In this document: positions 16,960-26,043 of the stretch, in pieces
Layout: each line of letters opens with the position of its first letter
Position numbering within the stretch: position 1 is the stretch's first letter
From: Candidatus Bathyarchaeota archaeon
GTDB lineage: Archaea > Thermoproteota > Bathyarchaeia > Bathyarchaeales > Bathycorpusculaceae
NCBI GenBank assembly: GCA_026014615.1
Contig: JAOZHZ010000027.1
Coordinates: forward strand, 18,920 to 82,919
Reading direction: 5' to 3'
Length of the DNA: 64,000 nt
Made by a program: the position numbers and the translations under genes
Notes under the pieces: model-generated
Told to the model about the DNA's origin: nothing
Seen by the model: only the letters and a program-made list of their open reading frames with translations
Databases searched by the model: none

Positions 16960-18045
16960 TTGAGAACACAAAAGAAGCAAAGCGGCGGTCCAATTCGCAC
17001 TTCACGGTGGAAAACCTACTTCCTATTATTGATTGTGGTTTTTCTGGTAACCATTTTTGTAGCGCTTAACATGGGTTTTAGCCAGATACCGCCTCTAGAC
17101 ACGTTGCAGATACTTCTAAAGAATACGCCCATAATAGGTAACTCTGTGGACCTTACGCCGTTTCAAGTCGCCAAAGAACCCATAATAATGCTTGTTAGGC
17201 TACCACGAATTTTATGCGGGGCGCTGGTCGGAGCGGCGTTGGCTACGTCTGGCATGATTTTTCAAGGTTTATTCCGAAACCCAATGGCTGATCCTTACAC
17301 TACAAGTGCCTCTTCAGGTGCTTCCTTGGGTGCAGCGTTGGCTATAGTTTTCGGAATCTCCGCTTTTGGGCTAGGAACTGTCTCTATTCTTGCTTTCGTA
17401 GGATGCATGGTTTCAGTACTTTTTGTCTACTCCATTTCAAGAGTTGGGTCTAGAGTTCCGATAACCACTTTACTTTTATCAGGTATAGCAGTAAGCATTT
17501 TTGAGTTAGCTATAGTCACTTACCTACAGACCATTGCAGGCGACAGGCTTGGACCTTTAACTTTCTGGTTAATCGGCAGCTTAAGCTCCACCCGAACAAC
17601 ATGGGCTGGCGTTATGACCATACTGCCCTTTGTTTTGTTTGGCATATCCGTAGCTTTCCTTTAGTCCCGAGACCTAAACCTTCTCACGTTAGGCGAAGAC
17701 CAAGCTCAACACTTAGGCCTAAACTTAGAACGCACAAAACTTGTCCTCATGGTTATCGGTGCCCTGTTAGCTGGAGCCGCGGTTTCCATAAGTGGCTTAA
17801 TCGGCTTCATAGGTTTGATGGTTCCTCACCTTGCACGATTGCTGGTGGGTCCTGACCATAGGGTTTTGCTTCCAGCATCGGTGTTTCTGGGTGCGACGTT
17901 TCTTGTCCTCTGTGACGGTGTAACCCGATTCTTGACGTCTCCCACTTCTCCCAGCGAAGTGCCTGTTGGAGTAATAACCGCCGTGACTGGAGTGGTGTTC
18001 TTCTTGTTCCTGTTGCGTAGAAAGAAACGGGTTGATGCGCTTTGA
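16960..18045 (+). pseudogene. btuC: BtuC/FecCD-family permease interrupted by one in-frame TAG (17662-17664)
   Basis: 16960..17664 and 17749..18045 share a frame. Read-through gives continuous FecCD sequence ...VAFL*SRDLNLLTLGEDQAQHLGLNLERTKLVLMVIGALLAGAAVSISG... Confidence 0.7.
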
Positions 18046-19414
18046 GGTGGAAAACATGGTGAACTTAAAGATTGAAGATGTCGATTGCAACTATGACTCA
18101 GTTCAAATTCTAGAAAACGTTCGTTTTTCGATTGAAACTGGAACTTTTCTCGGTATTTTGGGTCCTAACGGTTCAGGAAAAACAACAATGCTCAAGAGCA
18201 TAAGTCGAGTGCTAAAGCCACGTAACGGCGCAATCCTCATTGACGAAGCTAACGTTTACAAGATGAAAACTGGTGAAGTTGCCAAGCATATGGCTGTGGT
18301 GCCTCAGGACAGCTCCATTGCTTTCAGCTTCACAGCATTGCAGGTTGTGCTTATGGGTCGTGCGCCTCACCTTTCTAGGCTGCAGTCGGAAAGCGAAAAA
18401 GACATGGCTATCGCCAAGCAAGCTATGGAGTATACTGACACGTGGAATCTGGCTGATCGTTTGGTAACCGAATTAAGCGGCGGCGAAAGGCAGCGCGTAA
18501 TTATCGCACGTGCTTTGACTCAGGAGCCTAAAATCTTGCTGCTTGATGAACCCACAAGCCACCTAGACATCTGTAACCAACTGGAAATCATGGATTTGCT
18601 CAAGCAGCTTTGTGACGAGAATAAGATTCTAATTGTGGGCGTTTTCCACGATTTTAATTTGGCCGCACGATACTGTGACTCCCTAATTTTGCTTAAGGAC
18701 GGAAAAATTGTGGCTGCTGGAAAAGCCTCAGAAACCTTAACGAGCGAAAACATCAAGAACGTTTTTGGAATTGACGTTATCGTAAACAAGCATCCCGTAA
18801 CCGATTTGCCCTTTGTTATCCCCATTTCCAAGCCTAAGGACAAAAAGCAAAGAGGGTTGTCTGTTCATCTTATATGTGGAGCTGGAACAGGAAGTATGCT
18901 TATGAAGACCTTGACTGACTCTGGCTACAACGTCACCGCAGGGGTTTTGAACCTGTTGGACACTGACTGCGAATCAGCTCAATACCTTAAGGTTCGTGTG
19001 GCAACTGAAGCCCCGTTTTCTCCGCTAACTGAAAAAGCCCGAAAGGCTAATCTTGAAATGATTTGTCAATCGAACGTGATTGTGGTGACTTCAGTTCCGT
19101 TTGGACAGGGAAACCTGCAAAATTTGGAAGCCGCAAAGGAAGCCCTGAAACGGGGAATCCCAACTTACATACTTGACGAAGTGCCCATTGAAATTCGGGA
19201 CTTCACAGGAGGCAAAGCAAAAACGCTGCTTTCTGAGCTTGAAAAGCTGGGCGCAGTTTTTGTGCGCAGCCAAGCTGAGCTTTTGCATTTGCTTAACGTT
19301 TCTGAAGAAAAAGCCAAATTGGGCTCGGAATCTGCTTTGGTTGCGGACCACCTGAAATCCAATGCGACATCCAAGGAAAACGATATAACAAGCCAAGCGA
19401 AAAAACATAGTTGA
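18032..19414 (+). CDS. btuD: ABC transporter ATPase (BtuD/FepC type) fused to an uncharacterised ~190-aa C-terminal domain
   Basis: GPNGSGKTT, LSGGERQRV and LLLDEPTSHLD are present. After about aa 265 comes an extra domain starting RGLSVHLICGAGTGS. An alternative ATG start lies at 18056. Confidence 0.85.
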   Translation: MMRFEVENMVNLKIEDVDCNYDSVQILENVRFSIETGTFLGILGPNGSGKTTMLKSISRVLKPRNGAILIDEANVYKMKTGEVAKHMAVVPQDSSIAFSFTALQVVLMGRAPHLSRLQSESEKDMAIAKQAMEYTDTWNLADRLVTELSGGERQRVIIARALTQEPKILLLDEPTSHLDICNQLEIMDLLKQLCDENKILIVGVFHDFNLAARYCDSLILLKDGKIVAAGKASETLTSENIKNVFGIDVIVNKHPVTDLPFVIPISKPKDKKQRGLSVHLICGAGTGSMLMKTLTDSGYNVTAGVLNLLDTDCESAQYLKVRVATEAPFSPLTEKARKANLEMICQSNVIVVTSVPFGQGNLQNLEAAKEALKRGIPTYILDEVPIEIRDFTGGKAKTLLSELEKLGAVFVRSQAELLHLLNVSEEKAKLGSESALVADHLKSNATSKENDITSQAKKHS

Positions 19415-19431
19415 ATGAGGAGGACAAGATT

Positions 19432-20103
19432 GTGAAAGTCGTTGCCGCGTGGAGTGGTGGAAAAGACGGTTGTTCTGCATACTATAAAGCCTTGAAAGAG
19501 GGGTTTGAAGTCGTTAGCCTTCTGACCTCTATGCAGAGCGAAGCAAAAACTAATTTTCATGGCATACGCTCTGACCTTTTGGACGCTCAGGTTCAGGCTA
19601 TTGAGGTGCCAGTGTTTAAGCAGGTCACAACCCCCGAAACGTATGAGCAGCTGTTTAAGGAAGCCCTGTTGCACTTTAAAGCTCAGGGCGTTGAGGGCTT
19701 AGTTACTGGCGACATCTACGAGGTTGGAGGTCACGAGGAACGTTGGCTAGAACGCGTCTGTAGAGAAGTAGGTTTAAAACCGATTAGACCACTGTGGCAA
19801 GCAAACACAACCGAACTCTTCAAGGAATTCGTTGCTGCAGGCTTCAAAGCAATAGTTGTCCGAACAAACCTGTCCATCTTGGGCGAAGAATGGCTCGGAA
19901 AACAGTTAGACGCAGACTTCCTTTCAGAGATTCAGAAGATGCCTAACGTGGACCCCTGCGGCGAAGGCGGAGAATACCACACCATAGTCACAGACGGACC
20001 AATATTCAAAAACCGCATACAACTGACAGAGACGAAGCCCCTTTCCATCAACGGCTTTGGTAGCTTAGAGATTCTTAACTTCACGGTAACACCGAAAAAA
20101 TAA
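19432..20103 (+). CDS. MJ0570/Dph6-like N-type ATP pyrophosphatase (PP-loop family)
   Basis: VVAAWSGGKDGCSAYYKAL, EGGEYHT. A GTG start follows a GAGGAGG RBS. The TTG at 19411 overlaps the btuD stop and is an alternative start. Confidence 0.75.
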   Translation: MKVVAAWSGGKDGCSAYYKALKEGFEVVSLLTSMQSEAKTNFHGIRSDLLDAQVQAIEVPVFKQVTTPETYEQLFKEALLHFKAQGVEGLVTGDIYEVGGHEERWLERVCREVGLKPIRPLWQANTTELFKEFVAAGFKAIVVRTNLSILGEEWLGKQLDADFLSEIQKMPNVDPCGEGGEYHTIVTDGPIFKNRIQLTETKPLSINGFGSLEILNFTVTPKK

Positions 20104-20121
20104 AGGACCCGAGAAATCGCA

Positions 20122-20895
20122 ATGTGGAAAGAACTCAAAAACCTCTTTGCTTTTCTCACTGTCTTGCCACTCCAGATGGACATGGATTGCCTGACGGATT
20201 CAGCTAAGCTTATGTGGTGCTTTCCACTTGTGGGCGCCGTTATCGGTTTGCTGGCTGGCTTGTTTGGTTGGGCAGTCAGCTTTTTTCTTCCCGCTTTAGT
20301 GACTGGCGCCCTAGCTTTAGGCGTCCTTTTGCTACTTACGGGTTTGCACCATGCGGATGGACTGCTAGATTTCGGTGACGCTGCAATGTATCATGGCACG
20401 ACGGAACGCAAAATCGAAATCATGCACGACCAACTCACAGGCGCAGGCGCAATCGGGCTTGGAGTGATGACTTACTTGGTTACGGCTTTGACGTTTGGTT
20501 CACTAAACCAAACCGTAGCCATCGGTGGTTTTGAGGTTCCTGTGCTTCTCCCCGCGTTAATCGTGGTTGAAACGTCGGCTAAGCTTTCAATGGTGGTTGG
20601 CACTTGGGCTGGCAAAGCAATCCACAAAGGCATGAACTCCCCCTTCATGGACGCCATGCACGGCAGAAACGGCAATCTCCGCTTGGCTGCTGCTTTTGTT
20701 GTATCTTTGGCGGTTGCGGTTCCGCTTTTGTGGCTTGCAGGTTTGGTGACGGTTTTGACAGCGGTCATCTCTGGGCTCATAATGGTGGTTATTGCGCATC
20801 GGCATTTTGGCGGTGTCACAGGCGATGTGTTGGGTGCTACGAACGAGCTTACCCGTATGGTGTGTGTGATTGTGTTGTTGGCGATGTTACCATGA
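20122..20895 (+). CDS. cobS: Cobalamin synthase, second copy
   Basis: LFAFLTVLPL, HHADGLLDFGDA and GGVTGDVLGATNE. Confidence 0.9.
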   Translation: MWKELKNLFAFLTVLPLQMDMDCLTDSAKLMWCFPLVGAVIGLLAGLFGWAVSFFLPALVTGALALGVLLLLTGLHHADGLLDFGDAAMYHGTTERKIEIMHDQLTGAGAIGLGVMTYLVTALTFGSLNQTVAIGGFEVPVLLPALIVVETSAKLSMVVGTWAGKAIHKGMNSPFMDAMHGRNGNLRLAAAFVVSLAVAVPLLWLAGLVTVLTAVISGLIMVVIAHRHFGGVTGDVLGATNELTRMVCVIVLLAMLP

Positions 20896-21518
20896 CGACA
20901 ACTGCACTTGTTATGGCAGGAGGTAAAGGCACAAGGATGGCGTTGGCAGAGGAAAAACCAATGCTGCAAGTCGGTGGAAAACCCGTGGTTTCGCTGGTTC
21001 TTGAAGCGTTGAAAAACGCAAAGAAGGTGGATTCCGTGGTTGTTGCCGTAAGCAGCTACACCCCAAAAACTGCGGCGTATCTTGATGGTTTTCCCGTTAA
21101 GGTCTTGAAAACTCCCGGCAAAGAATACGTTTCTGACATGGGCTACGCCGTTAAAGCACTTAACATGCAGACGGTTTTGGCGATTGCCGCTGACATGCCT
21201 TTAATCACAGGCGAAATCATCGACGCCGTCTTAGATGAATATGCATCGTGTGGGAAGCCCGCGCTGGTTGTGGCTGTACCTTTGAAGACTAAACGTAAAC
21301 TTGGCATGAGCTTAGGCTACGCTTTTGACTTCGACAATGAACAAGTCGTTCCTGCAGGAATCAACATAAACGACGGCAGAAGAATAGACGAAGAAGAACT
21401 GGAGCAAGACGTTTATGTGCTCGATAAGGTGGAGGTCGCCGTGAACATCAACACGGTGGATGAGCTGAAGAGAGCAAAGGAACTTTTCAGCCAACTGCGA
21501 AAACCTTCTGAGCTTTGA
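20892..21518 (+). CDS. cobY: CobY-type adenosylcobinamide-phosphate guanylyltransferase, second copy
   Basis: MTTTALVMAGGKGTRMALAEEKPM. ATGA start/stop overlap with cobS. The longer 20604 start overlaps cobS in another frame and was rejected. Confidence 0.8.
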   Translation: MTTTALVMAGGKGTRMALAEEKPMLQVGGKPVVSLVLEALKNAKKVDSVVVAVSSYTPKTAAYLDGFPVKVLKTPGKEYVSDMGYAVKALNMQTVLAIAADMPLITGEIIDAVLDEYASCGKPALVVAVPLKTKRKLGMSLGYAFDFDNEQVVPAGININDGRRIDEEELEQDVYVLDKVEVAVNINTVDELKRAKELFSQLRKPSEL

Positions 21519-21846
21519 CCCGCGATTTCAACTTAGCCCCTTCAAAGGGACAATTGATGCGTTGTCCTATTTTGATTCATTAATAAGTGTTTTTTCGGCG
21601 CTAATTTGCGTTTTGTAGGCGCTTAACTCATTTTTGCAGGGCGGTTAGTTTGATGGCGTTTGTGTGGATAACAACGGTGCCCTGAAAAAAGGTTAGCTAC
21701 ATCGTTTTTGTCCAGTTATTGACAGACCTTTTTTTCGTTTTGAATTTTGATTCGTTTACGCCTCAAAAAAAGGTGAGTTGATGCGAAAGCCGTAATTCTT
21801 AAAAATAAAGCTACAATAGGTTGTACTTGTGGGTGAACAAGGGGAA

Positions 21847-23772
21847 ATGAAATCAAAATTAAACTTGCTTTTGATATCCTTGCTGGTTTTTTCTCTAGTT
21901 GTGGGTGGTAATCTTACTTTTGCTGGTGCAACGACTTATTCGGCGCCTCCTTGGGAAACACAAACCCTGCGGGTATCTCTGGATTTGGGGTTCGAGTACT
22001 CCATAGCTGTTGATTCCCATAATCACCCTCATATTGCCTACGTCGAGTTATACAATAACTACTTAGGTATACGCGGGAATTTATCCTACACTTACTACGA
22101 CGGCTCCAGATGGGTCACCACTAGAATTCCAACAGTCTCAAACGCTGGAGATGTTTCAATAGCATTGGACTCAAGCGATCGCCCGCATATCGTTTTTCTT
22201 AGTCAGGAAGAGAATTCAAACTCAATACTGAAGTATGCAAGTTGGACCGGTTCGGCATGGACTGTTGAAAAAGTGGACCCTGACCCTTCGGGTGGTGAGT
22301 GTTCCCTTGTTATAGACTCCCAAAATAATCCGCACATTAGCTACAAATCCTCTTATAACATCTTCACAGGTGGTGGTGATTTGAGGTATGCGGTCAACAC
22401 TGGTTCAGGTTGGCAAATCCATGTGGTTGACGACACAGGAGCAGTCAGTTGGGATAACTCTATAGCTGTTGATTCAGCAGGAAACCCCCACGTAGCATAC
22501 TCAAATTCAACTGGAGACCTGCAGTATTCCAGTTATGACGGATCATCATGGACCACCGAAACAGTTTACTCCCCACAAAAAGAGGTTGGTTTGTACCTAT
22601 CTTTTGCTATGGACCATAACGATAAACCCCACATATGTTTCATGGACCACCAAAACCACACAGTAAATCACGCAACATGGAATGGTCCAAGCTGGACAAT
22701 TGAAACCGTCGCCGCCTTTTCTTATGGGTCAAACACTAGAATAATTGTTGTAGATTCCCAAGACAATCCACACATAATCTACGGAATATACTCTGGGAGA
22801 TACACTAAAAACATAATCAATTATGCGTCAAGAAATGCCTTTGGCTGGACAATCCAAGAAACAAACGGGCGAAACGACCCAGTATACGACGTTACTTCCG
22901 ACCTTTATATCGCCCTTGTTCTCGACTCCAACGACGTACCCCACATATGTTTCCACGAAAAAACAGGTACAGGAAGGTACCTGATTTACGCGACAAATCC
23001 CTCCCTCAAACCAACCACAACAGGCGCTACTTCAACACCGACTTCAACGCAGACTCCTGTACCAAACGCAACTTCAACGCCGACTCCAACACCAACTCCT
23101 GCACCTAATGTAACCTCCACACCGACTCCCACCCCAACTCCCACACCAAGTTCCACTCCCTCACCGACTCCCACACCAGTTCCAACCCAAACGCCCACTC
23201 CCACACCAACACCGACTTCTACACCTGCCGCAACCCCTACTGCAACCCCCACCCCAAGTTCAGTTGTCACGCTGACTCCTACCTCAACTCCAACGCACAC
23301 ACCAGCGCCTACTTCAACCCCAACGCCTGCACTCACATTTACGCCGACCTCAACCAGTCTACCCAACGAGGACACGAACGTTTTCTTTGTGGAGTCAAAC
23401 AGCACCGTTTCGGAACTTGTTTTCAACAGCACCAGTTCCGAGTTATGCTTCACAGTTAGCGGTCCTTCAGGAACGACTGGCTATGTTGAGTTGACTATAG
23501 CGAAAACTCTTGTTCCCAAAATTGAAGACATAAGAGTGTACCTGGACGGAGACCAACTGTACTATGAGGCAGTATCTAAAGACAACTCTTGGCTACTCAA
23601 ATTCAACTACCAACACAGCATACATCAGGTGACAGTTGACTTGGCTGCAAACTCAGTTGAAGCACCAAGCGCCAACAACTGGGACTGGGCTGTGTTAGCA
23701 ACGGCTGCTGTTGCTTTGGTTGTTGTTGCGCTTACCGTTTGGCAAACAAAACGGAAAAAGAACAACCACTAA
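21847..23772 (+). CDS. Secreted 7-repeat (beta-propeller-like) protein with a long Thr/Pro linker and C-terminal anchor
   Basis: A signal peptide is followed by seven ~50-aa repeats, each ending (I/L)(A/V)(V/L)DSxxxPHI(x)(Y/F). A TPTPTP linker, a C-terminal domain, then a TM with KRKK follow. Confidence 0.8.
   Translation: MKSKLNLLLISLLVFSLVVGGNLTFAGATTYSAPPWETQTLRVSLDLGFEYSIAVDSHNHPHIAYVELYNNYLGIRGNLSYTYYDGSRWVTTRIPTVSNAGDVSIALDSSDRPHIVFLSQEENSNSILKYASWTGSAWTVEKVDPDPSGGECSLVIDSQNNPHISYKSSYNIFTGGGDLRYAVNTGSGWQIHVVDDTGAVSWDNSIAVDSAGNPHVAYSNSTGDLQYSSYDGSSWTTETVYSPQKEVGLYLSFAMDHNDKPHICFMDHQNHTVNHATWNGPSWTIETVAAFSYGSNTRIIVVDSQDNPHIIYGIYSGRYTKNIINYASRNAFGWTIQETNGRNDPVYDVTSDLYIALVLDSNDVPHICFHEKTGTGRYLIYATNPSLKPTTTGATSTPTSTQTPVPNATSTPTPTPTPAPNVTSTPTPTPTPTPSSTPSPTPTPVPTQTPTPTPTPTSTPAATPTATPTPSSVVTLTPTSTPTHTPAPTSTPTPALTFTPTSTSLPNEDTNVFFVESNSTVSELVFNSTSSELCFTVSGPSGTTGYVELTIAKTLVPKIEDIRVYLDGDQLYYEAVSKDNSWLLKFNYQHSIHQVTVDLAANSVEAPSANNWDWAVLATAAVALVVVALTVWQTKRKKNNH
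23030..23340 (+). repeat. Low-complexity ACN/CCN repeat DNA encoding the Thr/Pro linker
   Basis: Reiterated acaccaac/acgccgac units inside the CDS. They also generate an antisense shadow ORF (22986..23453). Confidence 0.8.
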
Positions 23773-23799
23773 CTTTTCTCTTCTAAGAGAACTGGCAGC

Positions 23800-24558
23800 T
23801 TATTTGTTCAGAGATTTGCGGTATTCCTCAAGCTTTTTCATGTCAAAATCCTTTGTTAACACGGAATCCTCCAGCGCGTCCGAAACTTCCTGCTCTATTC
23901 CCCACGGGGTAATGAAGGCACTTCGTCCTCCTCGGGCGTTGCTGCTGACGTTGCCGATTTTTATGAGGTAGATGCCGTTTTCCATGGCAAGCTTGAACGT
24001 TAACGGATGTCCCTTAACAGGCGGGTGGGTTCCCATTGCAGCAACGGGTAGGAAAACCAGTTCCGCGCCCAAGTCTGCCACAGCTTTGATTGTTGGTGGA
24101 TCAAACATGTCTGCGCAGACTAGCATGCCGACTTTGCAGTGTTCCGTGTCAAATACAGCGGGGTCATCGCCTCGGCTTACGCCTGCATCCAGTTCGGCTT
24201 TGATGGGGTTTCGTTTGTGATATTTTCCGATCAGGTCACCATTTCTCCAGAGCGTGCTGGTGTTGTAGTATTTGCCATCTTCTTCTTCCAATACAGTGCC
24301 GCCCATTAGGTACAGTTCAGGGAACTCTTTGCTTATCTGTTTAAGGAAATTGAAGGTGGCGGTGTAGGTTTCTTTGCTTATGCGGGCGGCGTCTTTAAAG
24401 TGCTCCATGTTGTTGGGTACTGAGAAGTATTCTGGGAGTGCAATGAACGCAGGGGTTTGCTGTGCGGCTTGGGTTATGCCTGTTTTTGCTGCGTTGAGGT
24501 TTTCTTGGAGGTCGCTGCGGACTTTCATGTGGATGAGGCTTACTTTCACACTTTCCAC
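23800..24558 (-). CDS. Carbon-nitrogen hydrolase (nitrilase superfamily) protein
   Basis: ALPEYF, HKRNP and the GMLVCADMFDP catalytic Cys context are typical of CN hydrolases. Confidence 0.8.
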   Translation of the reverse strand: MESVKVSLIHMKVRSDLQENLNAAKTGITQAAQQTPAFIALPEYFSVPNNMEHFKDAARISKETYTATFNFLKQISKEFPELYLMGGTVLEEEDGKYYNTSTLWRNGDLIGKYHKRNPIKAELDAGVSRGDDPAVFDTEHCKVGMLVCADMFDPPTIKAVADLGAELVFLPVAAMGTHPPVKGHPLTFKLAMENGIYLIKIGNVSSNARGGRSAFITPWGIEQEVSDALEDSVLTKDFDMKKLEEYRKSLNK

Positions 24559-24850
24559 CTAACTGTTGAACTAATTGAAGAGTTATTGTATCTTAAATTG
24601 TTTCGCGGTCTTCTGTTATAGAGTGTCTTGTTAGGTTTGCGGTTTTTGTTGCTTGGTTTTGGTGGGTTTGTTTTGGCTGGTTTTTTACAGTTGTCAACGT
24701 CTCTTTCGTTTTGCAGGTTATCTGTCTGTTGGTTGTTCATTATTTTCTTTGTTTTCGCCACATATGTTTATTCTGCAAAGGTTTTTGTATGCATATGGAT
24801 AACCTTAAATAGCTCCGAAGAGACAAAACAGGTATTTACGGGGAATCGAA

Positions 24851-25837
24851 ATGGTACTTGACCAAAAAGAATACATCAACATTATTCCCGAAGTTAAACC
24901 CTTAGTCAACAAGGTTGTCCAAAATAACCTCGCCGATTGCATGCTCTTCTCAGCAGGAACCGACACCTCCATAATCGCCTACGAAGCCGTCAAATACAAA
25001 CCCGACATCCCATGCCTAACAATGGCTTTTAAGCATGGAAACCCAAAAGACGCCCAGTACGTCAAAGAAATGGTTGACTTTCTGAAGCTCAAGCAGAAAA
25101 CACACACTTTTGGCCGCGAAGAAGTTCTTCAGTTCTTCCCCAAAGTGGTGGAAGCCCTCAAAAAATTTGACCCCATGGAAATCCGAAACAGTCTTCCAGT
25201 TTACATCGGTCTAACATTACTCAAACCCAAAGGTTACACGAGCGTGTTCACTGGCGACGCTTTAGACGAGCTTTTTGGTTACCCTTGGCAATTCAACTTG
25301 ACCCAAGAGGAATTCTCCAAGAAGCAGGAAGAAATGTGGGCGGAAATGGGTTTCTCCAGTATACCCATGGCAGAGTCTCTGGGCATGACCATCAAGGCGC
25401 CTTATCTTGACCCTGCATTCATGGAATGGGCAAAGAAGCTACCAATCAAAGTCAAAATCAACTTGGGCGAAGACGGTCAAAGATACAGCAAGTGGCTTCT
25501 ACGCAAAGCCTACGAAGACGTGCTGCCACGCAGTGTAGTGTGGCGTCCTAAAGCACCGCTGGAAGAAGGCACAGGAACAGCAATTCTAAGGACACACTTC
25601 AACGACATGATTACAGATGAAGAGTTCGCGGAAAAGAAGAAGGCAATTATGGAAGCTGACGAAGTCGACATCCTAGACAAAGAACAACTGCTTTACTACG
25701 AACACTTCCGCAAAGTTTTCGGCAAACCCAAAGACGTTTACCCCAAGACTGAAGGCGCAATTCAGTGTCCAAAATGCAAGAGCTACATCAAAACTAAGAT
25801 TCACTTCTGCAAAATCTGCGGAGCCTACCCCATCTAA
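24851..25837 (+). CDS. Asparagine-synthase-domain (adenylating) protein without a glutaminase domain, with a C-terminal zinc ribbon
   Basis: SAGTDTS is a degenerate SGGxDS PP-loop. FTGDALDELFGYPW matches the AsnB GEGADELFGGY region. The C-terminus carries CPKC...CKIC. Confidence 0.7.
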   Translation: MVLDQKEYINIIPEVKPLVNKVVQNNLADCMLFSAGTDTSIIAYEAVKYKPDIPCLTMAFKHGNPKDAQYVKEMVDFLKLKQKTHTFGREEVLQFFPKVVEALKKFDPMEIRNSLPVYIGLTLLKPKGYTSVFTGDALDELFGYPWQFNLTQEEFSKKQEEMWAEMGFSSIPMAESLGMTIKAPYLDPAFMEWAKKLPIKVKINLGEDGQRYSKWLLRKAYEDVLPRSVVWRPKAPLEEGTGTAILRTHFNDMITDEEFAEKKKAIMEADEVDILDKEQLLYYEHFRKVFGKPKDVYPKTEGAIQCPKCKSYIKTKIHFCKICGAYPI

Positions 25838-26043
25838 ACCTTCTTTTCTTTTTTATTTGTTGCTGCCGTCTGGTTGCTTAGCTACAACAACTTTGGGCTT
25901 GTGTTTTGTTTTCTGGGTTGTTTGATTCTTTTTTGATTGTGCTGTTTGCCACAAACTCTTCTGATGCCACATCTGGTCAGGTAGGTAGACTACGTTTCCG
26001 ATAGACCCCTACCCTATACCTCTTCTGCTTCTCAGGCTGGCTT

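Noticed and set aside
17662-17664. Pyrrolysine (genome-wide UAG decoding) as the default explanation for the two in-frame TAGs
   Set aside because: TAG terminates at least 7 seemingly complete genes in this window, whereas constitutive Pyl-decoding archaea strongly avoid TAG stops. No pyl genes are in the window. It remains a hypothesis to test, not a call.
20604-20891. N-terminal 96-aa extension of the second cobY (ORF 20604..21518)
   Set aside because: The extension overlaps cobS in another frame and has no CobY similarity. The ATG at 20892, with its ATGA overlap, gives the canonical MAGGKGTRM N-terminus.
5144-21518. The region between the two cobS-cobY pairs as a mobile or recently duplicated island
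   Set aside because: The pairs are strongly diverged and there are no flanking repeats, integrase or transposase. The intervening genes are ordinary lipid, glycosylation and transport genes.
23030-23340. Possible CRISPR-like or tandem repeat array
   Set aside because: The periodic ACN/CCN repeats are in frame within a CDS and encode a Thr/Pro linker. There is no repeat-spacer architecture.
24546-24761. 71-aa ORF (N/K/P-rich) in the CN-hydrolase/AsnB-like intergenic region
   Set aside because: Its low-complexity translation derives from a G/T-rich promoter region and overlaps the CN-hydrolase start. It has no RBS or motif support.
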